64,000 bases of DNA from Octopus vulgaris (lineage: Eukaryota). The notes under the pieces were generated by a model. It searched no databases. It saw nothing but the letters and a program-made list of their open reading frames with translations, and was not told the origin of the DNA. The stretch spans positions 31,000,001 through 31,064,000 of the forward strand of contig OX597820.1 of the NCBI GenBank assembly GCA_951406725.2, given 5' to 3'. This document shows, piece after piece, positions 53,393-64,000 of the stretch. Within the stretch, counting starts at the first letter, position 1. Each line of letters opens with the position of its first letter. Made by a program: the position numbers and the translations under genes.

Positions 53393-54363
53393 TTTATAAT
53401 AATAATAATAATAATAATAATTGTGTATATACTTATGTTATAGATGAGGGAACAGACAGACATACATAAAGAGGGAGAGATGAGTGGAGATATATGCATA
53501 GAATATACATATATACACACACAAATACACATAGACCTAGAAAAACGAGTCGATTAGAACAAGAGCTGAAATGTGTGTAGCAAGGGAGTTGACTAGTGGA
53601 GGAGAGGAAAAACTGAGGAGCTGTGTGATATCCAAGGGTGGGTGGCAAGGATTTGGCAAGTGATATACTGCTGCCGTGTCACAAGAACTTACCATTAGTA
53701 GCAGAACTCCACCATCACAAAAGTTCACACCTCTAAAAAATATTTTTATATATGTATCATACAAAACACACACATACATTATATAGCTATATATATATGC
53801 ATTTGCTCACTTTCCATGTGCATGTCTATATATATATAAACATATGAGTACACTATATATACATACACACACAAAATATATATATATACACACAATATAT
53901 ATACATATATATATACACACACAATATATATATGTACACACATTCATACAATATATATTTAAATATACATACATACAATATATATGCACACACCAGAGTA
54001 TATATATAAACATACGCCCACACTATATATGCATATATATATATATAAATCATATATACAGTATATATACATATATAAAGTATACACACACACACACATA
54101 TACTATATATATAGCTAAGGACTGCAAACAAGAAAGTGCCACCAAATCAAAATCATAAGAGAAACAAAGAAATCCACTGAGTACAGTGATGTAGCTTTTA
54201 TCTTCCTGTTCTCCTCGTCCTCCTTTCCAACAATTAACCTTCCCATCTTAATATTTGCAATTATATGATAAAAAAATAAAAAACAAAGCTACATTATTTC
54301 AATATTATTTATGTGTTTAAAAGCAAGAACAGTAATGATGACAATAATAAATAATAATAATAA

Positions 54364-55993
54364 TCCTTTCTACTATAGGCACAAGGCCTGAAATTGGGGT
54401 CGGGAGAGAGGAATAGTTGATTATATTGATCCCAGTACTTAACTGGTACTTTTTTCACCAACCCTGAAAGAATGAAAGGCAAAGTCAACCTCGGTGGAAT
54501 TTGAACTCAGAATGTGAGGACAGATGAAATGCCGCTAAGCATTTTGCTCGGTGTGCTAATGATTCTGCCAGCATGCAGCCTTCTTAATAATAATAATAAT
54601 CTTACTTAAAAATAGATTTTTTGCTCATTTAATTCGCAGAAAGCATTGAGACAGATCGATGTTTTTCTGAGTCTTTTCTCAGCAGTATTACTGATAAGGT
54701 GTAAAGCAATGTGGAATGGAATGGCTATCACCAGGAACCAGATCAAACCTGGTCACAAGAAGCCCTACATTGCTCACCAATAAAAATATAGCTTCATATA
54801 CTAGCACAAGGCCAGTAGTTTTAGGGCTAGGGGTAGGTGATGGTTGTTTATATTGAATCCAGTTCCAGACTGGCACTTATTTTATTGGGTATTTCGTCTG
54901 TCTTGTACCAGTTGCATCCTGGGGTTGATCTAATTGACTGGCCCCTTCCCCCAAAATTTTGGGCCTTGTGCCTAGTGTAGAAAAGGTACTTATTTTATTG
55001 AATCAGAGGGATGAAAGGCAAGCTTGACCCCAGAACTATTTGAACTCAGAACAAAGAATTGGAAGAAATGCCCTGCCAAATCACAGCCTTATAAAAATTA
55101 TAATTCTTTCTTATTCTGGCACAAGGCCTGAAATTTGGGGGAAAGGGATAGCTGATTACATCAATGATTCCAGGGTTCCACTGGTACTATATTTTATCGA
55201 CTCCAAAAAGATGAAAGGCAAAATTAGATCATCGGCAGGAATTTGAACACAGAAAATTGGGTCAGAAGAAATACTGCTAAGCATTTTCTCAGATACTCTA
55301 ACAATTCTGCCAATTTGCAGCCTTAACAACAACAATGGTTTCTGATTCAGATAAAAGGCCACTAAATTTTGACAGGAGGTGGTTAGTCAGTATCATTAAG
55401 TCTAATACTTGACTGGCACATTATTTTCTCAACCCCAGAAGAATGACAGATAAAGTCGACTCGGGGGAACTGAACTCAGAACATAAAGAGTTGGAAAAAA
55501 AATACCACAATGCATTTATACTGATGCTCTAATGACTCTGCCAGCTTGTGAGCCTAATAAATAATAAAAATAATAGAAGATTAGTTGTTTACATCAATCC
55601 CACTCAATAACTTGACTGGTTCTTTTTTATTAACCCCGCAAAAGACGAAAAATAATTTGTTGACCCCAGCAGAATTTGAACTTAGAATGTAAAGATGGAT
55701 GAAATGCTAAGCATTTTGTCTGGCGTGCTAATAATTCCACCAGGTTGCTGCCTTACCTTGATATAATAATAATAATAATAAGCCTTTTTACTATTAGCAC
55801 AAGGCCTGAAATTTGGGGGAAGGGATAGCTGATTACATCAATGCCAGGGTTCCACTGGTACTTATTTTATCGACTCCAAAAAGATGAAAGGCAAAATTGA
55901 TCTCGGCGGAATTTGAACACAGAATGTGAAAGATGGATGAAATTCTGCGAAGCATTTCACCCGGCACGATAATGATTCTACCAGTTTGTCGTC

Positions 55994-56034
<41 letters not shown>

Positions 56035-56248
56035 TAATAGTAGTAGTTTCTAATTTTGGCACAAGACCAGCAACTTTAGTTAGATGGGGTGAGTTGATTA
56101 CATTAATCTCAGTAGTTAGTACTTGACTGGTTCTTCATTTTATTGACTCCCATCAGAGGGGATATAAACTCAGAATCTAAAAATTAAGAAGAGATGCTGC
56201 TAAGCGTTTTGTCTGGCATATTTACGATTCTGCCAGCATGTTGCCCTT
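54364..56248 (-). mobile_element. Head-to-tail array of about 7 SINE family A copies plus one inverted insert
   Basis: Units at about 54364-54582, 54795-55088, 55105-55324, 55338-55555, 55575-55755, 55782-55995 and 56047-56248. Confidence 0.88.
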
Positions 56249-56369
56249 ATAATAATAATAATAATAAATGTATTAGTGCACATAAGCCTTAATAATAAAC
56301 TAATTAAACTGAAAAGAAGACACGAAGATCAATACAAAAGGTGATTAATCTGGACGTTTGGTGTGTGTA

Positions 56370-56429
<60 letters not shown>

Positions 56430-57004
56430 CTTTCAGTGCAAATGTTTTTATATATATATATATATACACACACACTCGTATATTTACACTCTTTTACTTG
56501 TTTCAGTCATTGGAGTGTGGCCATGCTGGAACACTGCCTTGATATATATATAAATATAAAATATTAAATAGAAGCAAACATCTATTACATATCTAGTTAG
56601 TAGAGTCAAAATAATCCAAACAGCAAAACAAACTGTATGTTTAAATATCACAAACGCATATGTATACATATATGCATATATGTAAATCCTCACATGCACA
56701 CATCAATATATGTAGACACATATGCATACATATACCAATACACACACACACACACCACACACATATAATGCATATATATATACATATAAAAATTATCTAA
56801 CAATGTTAACTTCTAATTATTAACAATTAGCAAATTAGTGGTTATAAATGTATATCTGTATAGTTAAGCACACCCCAGAGATGCATGCTTGTATCAAGTA
56901 GAACAACCTATCAAGGCATTTCATAGAAAACATTAACAAATTCCATAGAAAGTTATCAGAAAATACCCTGACTGAAACCTTGGTCCTGGAAACGAAGTTC
57001 TTAC

Positions 57005-57106
57005 CTTCTCTTCGTCGATTTTAATACCACTCCAGAAGGATCTTCATTGGCTAGTTCTTTTTCTTGGACTTCTTCGCGGAGTGTTTTTAGTAAAGTACGT
57101 CGGATA
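57005..57106 (-). CDS. ATP8A1: ATP8A-like exon IRRTLLKTLREEVQEKELANEDPSGVVLKSTKR(R)
   Basis: tctttatacactag acceptor, gtaag donor, 102 nt (phase 2 to 2). Matches the ATP8A 'KTL..EVQE.E....DP..VVL' segment. Confidence 0.94.
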
Positions 57107-57284
57107 CTAGTGTATAAAGAGATGGAGAAGAGATTAAAAAATGTATATGTTATTATTTTTCTGTTTACATAAAAGAACAATTGTATATTCTCATGTTATT
57201 TCAATGTCTACAGCTGAGACTTTCAAACAAATAACTGTAAATTTAGCTACATTATACATATTTCAGGTATTCTGAATTATACTG

Positions 57285-57324
<40 letters not shown>

Positions 57325-57326
<2 letters not shown>

Positions 57327-57517
57327 TTAGAGATAAAACCACTATTATGCAATTCAAACAGTGATAGACATAAACCAAAACATAAATAACAAATAAAATA
57401 TATTTTTATAAAATATAACTAGATCATGTTTTATAAAAATATATTTTATTTGTTATTTATGCTTTGGTTTATGTCTATCATTGTTTGAATTGCATAATAG
57501 TGGTTTTATCTCTAATT
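57325..57517. repeat. Near-perfect fold-back, arms about 92 bp, loop about 9 nt
   Basis: aattagagataaaaccactattatgcaattcaaacagtgatagacataaacc... is mirrored by ...ggtttatgtctatcattgtttgaattgcataatagtggttttatctctaatt. Confidence 0.92.
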
Positions 57518-58895
57518 TATATATTTATATATTGATGATTATATTGTGAAATTTGATTTAATACTAAATTGAATTTTTCCCAGTAAGTTTGGAGTTGTAC
57601 TCCCTAATATTATATATATATATATGAGTGAACAAGCAAAAGAAAGTAGCACACAACATATTTATTTGTTTACATATATTCAATAACAGTTTGACTCAGC
57701 TATACATGATAAAGTTTTGTGGGAATGTAGGACAAGTTCATATCATCTGATGTTTGGCGGCTGAATGTTGGATTGTCTTTCCATTACCAGTTGTTTATTA
57801 GCTGTCTGTAGGTGGTGCTCAATAGTGTTTGGAGCACTAATATCAGTAAGTGAACAAACAAAAGAAAGAAGCACTCAGTACATATGGTTGGAGTTACATC
57901 TATGTACACACACAATGCAGTTGGGTGCTGACCGGAAGAAGTACTCAATATGAATGTAGAGCAGTGGTTAGCAAGCATTTTTTTTTACCTAAGGACCTCT
58001 TTCATTACTATTTTATTCTGATTATCCAATTATCTGAGAATAAAGAACCTTTCTTAATGAATAAAGTATTTGGAATGCAACCATACTGGGGCACAGGCTC
58101 CAAGAGTTTAGTTAAATGTATTGATTTTACTTGATATTTATTTTACTGATTTTATAAAAGTGAATTGGTCATAAATGCTCGCCTAGGTCAAATGTTCTGC
58201 GACCAGGTTTCCACTCCTGTCACCAATCCTCACCTGTGTCCAAGCAAGGTAATAAATCCTAAGAGCCAGACATGTTAGTGCCATACATTTCCAAATCTCA
58301 TGCTATATGAAGACAAGGAGACAGACAGACATCATATATATATAAAATACAGGATTCTTTCAGTTTCCATTTACCAAATCCACTCATAAGATTTTGGCTG
58401 GCCTGGGCTAAAATAGATGTGAATCCAAGGGGCCATGCAGTGGGACTGAACCCAAAAGTATGGAGTTGGGAAGCTATCTTCTTAACGACACAGGCAGGTT
58501 TGCACCTAAATATATTTTTTGTTCACACAGTCCTTCTATAATCTAATACACAAATGGCAGATTTCCACATTGCTTCTGCCCAGCAAATTTAACCCAGAAA
58601 GTAATGATTGACCCAGAATATATCTGAAGACACTTGCCCAAAGTGCCACACAGAGGTATTATGCCTGGAACCATGATGTTTTAAGCAAACTTTTTTGCCA
58701 CACATTAAATAAAGATGTCTGCTTAAATTAAGGGTGTGACCAAACTAAGGTGGGTCTGGTTTAGTGTAGTTTATATTCACTTGAAGGAGAAATTGAAGAG
58801 AACATAGGTTGTGAGAAATGAGGGTGATAATGAAGATGTGATGATGAGAGTATATAAAAAAAAAAAAAACTGATGTTGGCTGGCCTGGTACTTAC

Positions 58896-58984
58896 ACTTT
58901 CCACATGACATCCCGCAAAAGAGCTGCGGTCGGAATTAATAATAAGCCTGCCCAGAATATTAAACACCCAAATACATGGCTATC
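58896..58984 (-). CDS. ATP8A1: ATP8A-like exon DSHVFGCLIFWAGLLLIPTAALLRDVMWK(V), last TM helix
   Basis: ttttattttacag acceptor, gtaagt donor, 89 nt (phase 0 to 2). Contains the 'FW.GL..IP...LL.D' motif. Confidence 0.95.
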
Positions 58985-59187
58985 CTGTAAAATAAAAAAA
59001 AAAAAAACATGAATAAGAAATACAATATTGTATAAAGAAGAAAACTGATTTAGAGACAAATTATTCATACATGCTATTCTCTAGCCTGGGCCATGGATCA
59101 TTTGTCACTGGGCCACACAGAGAGAATAAATTTTAAAATTTTACTTGTTTTATTGACTATTGCAGTTTGCAGCAGGTTTTAGCATAA

Positions 59188-59880
59188 TCATCATCACCAT
59201 CATTTAACATTCGTTGTCTATGCTGGCATGGGTTGGACGGTAAGCTGAGGAACTGCACCAGACTTCAATCAGATTTAGCATGGTGTCTATGGCTGGATGC
59301 CCTTCCTAATGCCAACCACTCCAAGAGTGCGATGGGTGCCTTTATGTACCACCGGCACAGGTGCCAGTTGCATGACACCAGTATCTGCCACAACTATGAT
59401 TTCACTTGGCTTGATGGGTCTTCTCAAGCATGGCATATTGCCAAAGGTCTCGGTCATTTGGCATTGCCTCTGTGAGGCTCAATGTTTGAATGGTGCTTGT
59501 TATGTGCCAGTTACACAACACTGGCATTGGCCACATTGCTTTCGTGGGGCCCAACACTCAACAGGTACATTTTACGTGCCAGTTGCCTCCATGAGGCCCA
59601 ATGCTTAAAAGGTGCTTTTTACATGTCACTGGCACAAGTGCCAGTTATGTGACATCGGCATTGGCCACACTGCCTCTGCGAGGCCCTATACTTGACAGGT
59701 GTTTATACGTAATAATTGAATTATATATTATGCACTTCATTGTAAAGTGGTTGGCATTTGGAAAGGCATCATGTCAAAGCAGACAGCAGAGCATGGTGCA
59801 GTCCTCTGACATGCCAGTTTCTGTCAGTCTGTTCATCCCATTTCAGCATGGAAAACAGACATTTAAACAGTGATGATGAC
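59188..59880. mobile_element. Two oppositely oriented family C elements ((GAT)n-tailed, probably RTE-mobilised) around a degenerate tandem repeat of about 70 bp
   Basis: catcatttaacattcgttgtctatgctggcatgggttgg...ggatgcccttcctaatgccaacc, and the reverse arrangement at about 59745-59880. Other copies at about 6765-6960, 9380-9640, 26215-26340, 40320-40420 and 63610-63790. Confidence 0.65.
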
Positions 59881-60748
59881 GACTGTTTTGTTATGCACAT
59901 GAACCCTTGGTCTGTAGAAAAATTGGTTTCCATAAAATCAGTCTGTGGGGCAAAAAATATTGTGGACTGCTTCTCCAGACAATTCTATTTTCCTCATTAA
60001 TCTATCTATCTATATATATATATTTATTTACTTAGGGACCTGTTTCATCACTACTTTGATAAGTATGGTGACTGATGAAGTTAGTTTAAAACAAAAACCC
60101 TGGTGAAATTATCTCTTGCACTTGCCAAAACAATGAAAAAAAAAAAACAATATTAGTCCCTGACTAATATTGTTTTTTTTTATCTGTTGCCACATAATTA
60201 CATTAACACTTACTTTATGTTTATTTGTTTCAGTCATTGAACTGCAGTCATGCTGGGGTTTAGTCAAACAAACCAACTCCAGAGTTTATTTTTTAAACCT
60301 GGTACTTATTCTATCAGTTGCTTCTGCCAAACTGCTAAGCCACAGACTAATGAAAATGAATGACACTGCTTGTATGACAGCAAGACTCATTTACATCTAT
60401 CACATGATACTGAGATAAGGAGAGACATGCAAATTTATGCAAAAATGAGATTCTTTAAGTTTCTACTCATTAAATCCACTCACAAGGTTGGTACTTGCTT
60501 AAGTGCTCTGCAGTGAGATTGAACTGAAATCATGTAATTGGAAAGCATACTCCTTAACCACAAAGCCACATACATGTGCATGCACACACACACACACACA
60601 CATATATATACAGAGAGAGAGAGATACAATGTCAAAATAAAAAGGGATGGTATTAAACAAAACAATTGAATGTGTGAGTGTGTGTATGCAAAATTATGTT
60701 TAGTAATAGTACAGAAATTGATGCAAGAGTAATATGAAGTCAACATAC

Positions 60749-60856
60749 CATGCCCACCATCTCTGGTGCAAGATTGATGACAGGCCACACATGGCTATAA
60801 ATAATTAGAAACATGAACCAACTGACAATGCTGCCCCATATTGCAAGGTGTGTCAA
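60749..60856 (-). CDS. ATP8A1: ATP8A-like exon LTHLAIWGSIVSWFMFLIIYSHVWPVINLAPEMVGM
   Basis: tttcttctttgcag acceptor, gtatgt donor, 108 nt (phase 0 to 0). Contains the 'H.AIWGSI' P4-ATPase TM motif. Confidence 0.95.
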
Positions 60857-61059
60857 CTGCAAAGAAGAAAGGACAATCATAACAAAGGAGTTCAACAAGT
60901 AATTCAGCAAAAATTGTCACTAAATGGATTACAATAAACCAACCAAAACACTTTAATAACATATTTTCTAAAATCATTATAAAAATTTAATTATAAAAAT
61001 AGTTTGTCGTTGGAGTGTGTGTGTGTGTGAATTTTCATGGCTTAGTCAGGATGGGGTGT

Positions 61060-61545
61060 AAGGGTAGTACTTTTGGAGTCTGTCACTGCATCTTGCTAGG
61101 AATGGTCAGATGGACAGGTGTCACTGGTCTTCATTCAACCATTAATTGCTCACTTGATGGCTTCTAGCTTCATTCCCCAGTAGGTGAAAAACTCTGGGTA
61201 AGGCTTCCCAAGAAGTCACTAGCTAGGGTAGAGGAACCTGCTCAGGTCAATGGCCTAGAGTTCAGACTCAAGGCATGTCTCAGGTACAGGCAGATGGTTG
61301 TGGATAACAGCTTGGAGATGAATGGACACTGTCAAGCTTACTTGCCCATGATATATTCATGATGATGACAACCAAACCAGAACCCATACTGCATTGGTCA
61401 TTGCCTGGGTTAATATCAAAGAGTGGACAGGCCTCAAGTTCAATGAGTCATGGAGGGGAGCAGAAGACAAAAAAAAAAATCTTGCTGTGGTGTTGTCAAC
61501 AAATGCCCCAATGACCACATGGTCAAGGGATAGGAAGAAAGGAAG
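61060..61545 (+). mobile_element. Decayed RTE-derived element
   Basis: About 61412-61470 translates NIKEWTGLKFNESWRGAED, a typical RTE ORF C-terminus, followed by a short purine-rich tail. Confidence 0.55.
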
Positions 61546-61718
61546 TTAGAGGATGAAAGAGTAGAACCAATAATGTTTTCGTAAAGCTATCAACACTGAT
61601 GTTGAAGGTAAAAAATAAACCACAACTCATGGGTTATGCTAAAACTAGAGACCTGGTTCTAATGCATGCAATAATAGGGTGGATTCTGCTAAATCTCTCC
61701 AAGAACCAGATGATAGTG

Positions 61719-61940
61719 TTAACTCTTTTGATATGAACCTGCCTGAGAACATCTTTGGCTTTGTGATATAAACTTTAAAGTGATCTAAATTAAAACCTTC
61801 CATCAAAATATCCCGTTTGTTTATTTTCCAAATACCAGCTTGATAATGGAGAAATTATTTTACCAAATTCTTCATTATTTTCAAAATTAACTGGAACAAG
61901 GGTAGGGTATTTCAACAGAAATATGGTAACAAAAGTGTTA
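61719..61940. mobile_element. MITE family E copy
   Basis: ttaactcttttgata ... atggtaacaaaagtgtta, colinear with 10724-10919. Confidence 0.7.
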
Positions 61941-62156
61941 CACAGATGGGCTAGTCTGTTACCCAAGAATGGGAGCAGGTCACACAATGAGTTTTCTGTA
62001 TAGTTTTTATCTAATCATTTCACTTTATTTTCATCTATGTTCAAATATTCCATCCACTCTTATTAACCCCCAGAGACTGACTATGTGTGTCCAATTATAC
62101 ACTTCAGCCAATCTTCTTTTGTCTATATTCCTTTTTAACAATACATTTCTCCACAA

Positions 62157-62511
62157 TACTCTTTACTCTTTTACTTGTTTCAGTTATTTGATTGTGGCCA
62201 TGCTGGAGCACCACTTTTAGTCGAGCAAATCAAGCCCAGGACTTAGTCTTTGTAAGCCTAGTACTTATTCTATCGGTCTCTTTTGCCGAACCGCTAAGTT
62301 ACGGAGACGTAAACACACCAGCATCGGTTGTCAAACACATATATACAACGGGCTTCTTTCAGTTTCCGTCTACCAAATCCACTCACAAGACTTTGGTTGG
62401 CCCGAGGCTATACTAAAAGACACTTGCCCAAGGTGCCATGCAGTGGGACTGAACCCAGAACCATGTGGTTGGTAAGCAAGCTACTTACCACACAGTCACT
62501 CCTATGCCTAT
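62157..62511 (-). mobile_element. Full-length SINE family B
   Basis: Reverse complement of 32038-32407 over nearly its whole length. Confidence 0.85.
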
Positions 62512-62868
62512 CAACAATAGTTAATCTTTTTACTTTGAGCTCTTGTGCAACATTTCATTAAACCAAAAGATACTTTTAAATTCTAGAACCTAACATATTC
62601 CACAACTACTTGCCTGGCTTTGCCCTTTCAATTACATTTTAAATTTGCAACACATCTTTTATATTGACTGCTTGAGCACCTCAAAGCAAGCATTCACTCT
62701 GCAAGTAATAGTAGTCACCTGATCTGAAGATAAAACAACTATGGATAACCCACTGTAGCATTTTAAAAATATTTCTACCACCTTAAGTTGGCCAGTGGAG
62801 GAATTTCTACATGGCTGCTTCACACGCAAAAAATAGCAGCCAAGTTTCCCTCACGTAACATCACTTAT

Positions 62869-63102
62869 TTCTTTATTGCCCACAAGGGGCTAAACATAGA
62901 GGGGACAAACAAGGACAGACAAAGGGATTAAGTCAATTACATTGACCCCAGTGCGTAACTGGTACTTAATTTATCGACCCCGATAGGATGAAAGGCAAAG
63001 TTGATCTCGGCAGAATTTGAACTCAGAACGTAGTGGCAGATGAAATACCGATAAGCATTTCGCCCGGCATGCTAATGTTTCTGCCAGCTCACTGCCTTCA
63101 GA
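62869..63102 (-). mobile_element. Young SINE family A (alternative-tail subfamily) with 13-bp TSD
   Basis: TSD taacatcacttat at 62856-62868 and 63103-63115. A and B boxes lie on the minus strand. Confidence 0.9.
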
Positions 63103-63240
63103 TAACATCACTTATAACCCAAAAAACACTGGATGGTTATGGCTGGAGTACTTTTCATTAGAGTTGACTATGAGGTTAGGCAATAACTAATTCATGGTAT
63201 CAAAAATTACACTGACCAGATAAAAAAAGATCCGACTTAC

Positions 63241-63297
63241 CCAAGTCCACGCACTTGTTTCCAAACCTGCTTTTAGACATACTGTAACAACAACATA
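63241..63297 (-). CDS. ATP8A1: ATP8A-like exon YVVVTVCLKAGLETSAWTW
   Basis: ttctttatttcag acceptor, gtaagt donor, 57 nt (phase 0 to 0). Contains the 'VCLKAGLET..WTW' ATP8A signature. Confidence 0.95.
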
Positions 63298-63841
63298 CTG
63301 AAATAAAGAAAAGAAACAACAACAAAATTATAAATATGAAGTAATAAAAAATAAAAGCAAATAAAAAAACTGAAGAATATATATATTGATAAAGATAATG
63401 CTTAAAACAAAAATTATTGGAAACAATGTTTTAGCTTATTCTCCAGTGATTATTGATACCAGAACAGGCATTTTCACCCTCGTTAAATAATGATTTTGTT
63501 GAACAAGCCAAAAGTTTTGTTATATATGAGGTTTAGCTATATTTCATCTAATTAGATTACATAATGGACATGATTATTTTATTGTTTTCATCCATGTCTG
63601 CATACAAGAGGTTTGCCACAATAAAAGCACCCAGTACACTCTGTAAAGTGGTTGGTGTTAAGAAGGGCATCTAGCTATAGAAACCATGCCAAAGCAGACA
63701 CTGGAGCATGATGCAGTCTTCAAACCTGTTGGATCCTGTCAAACCATCCAACTCACGCCAGCATGGAACATGATTGTTAAATGATGGTGATAATGATATA
63801 GGTATCTTCATACGAAGTGCAATTAGTTCTGGTTAACTTAC

Positions 63842-63903
63842 CGTATATACAAAGTTTCCAAGGAGAAGATAGTTACCAACTTCTCCATTTGAATAAAGAA
63901 TAT
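63842..63903 (-). CDS. ATP8A1: P4-ATPase (ATP8A1/2-like) internal exon, (D)ILYSNGEVGNYLLLGNFVYT; gene continues beyond the window end
   Basis: ttatttcag acceptor, gtaagt donor, 62 nt (phase 1 to 0). The peptide matches the ATP8A 'YLLLGNFVYT' segment as recalled. Confidence 0.93.
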
Positions 63904-64000
63904 CTGAAATAAAACAAACAGTCAGTATTAATTTTAGATTTAAAAATTAACAAAACAGGTGAATTTTACATAAGACATTCTTTTATTTGTTTCAGTCATT

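Noticed and set aside
54480-54582. tRNA gene (A and B boxes present)
   Set aside because: It is a tRNA-derived SINE head without a full cloverleaf and is repeated dozens of times.

Overview
AT-rich, microsatellite- and SINE-dense animal genomic DNA. The repeat families suggest an octopus/coleoid cephalopod, but this is inferred from recall and not from a search. The only well-supported gene is the 3' end of a P4-ATPase phospholipid flippase of the ATP8A1/ATP8A2 class on the minus strand. It has eight GT-AG coding exons (63842-63903, 63241-63297, 60749-60856, 58896-58984, 57005-57106, 23623-23702, 5772-5815, 3285-3338) that splice in frame through the last TM helices to the GYAFSQEE regulatory motif and the ...IRAYDTTKSKPEGL* end. 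The two large introns of the cytosolic tail (about 33 kb and 18 kb) contain several candidate alternative or terminal exons that could replace or remove the autoregulatory tail. They also contain fold-back hairpins, several of which sit just upstream of 3' splice sites, degenerate minimal hammerhead-ribozyme motifs of Penelope-LTR type, TTAA and hAT MITEs, and decayed LINE fragments. About 30-35 copies of one tRNA-derived SINE are present, almost all co-oriented with the gene and often in (AAT)n-linked head-to-tail arrays. Nearly all ORFs in the supplied track are microsatellite or repeat artefacts. Repeat boundaries are approximate and were read by eye.
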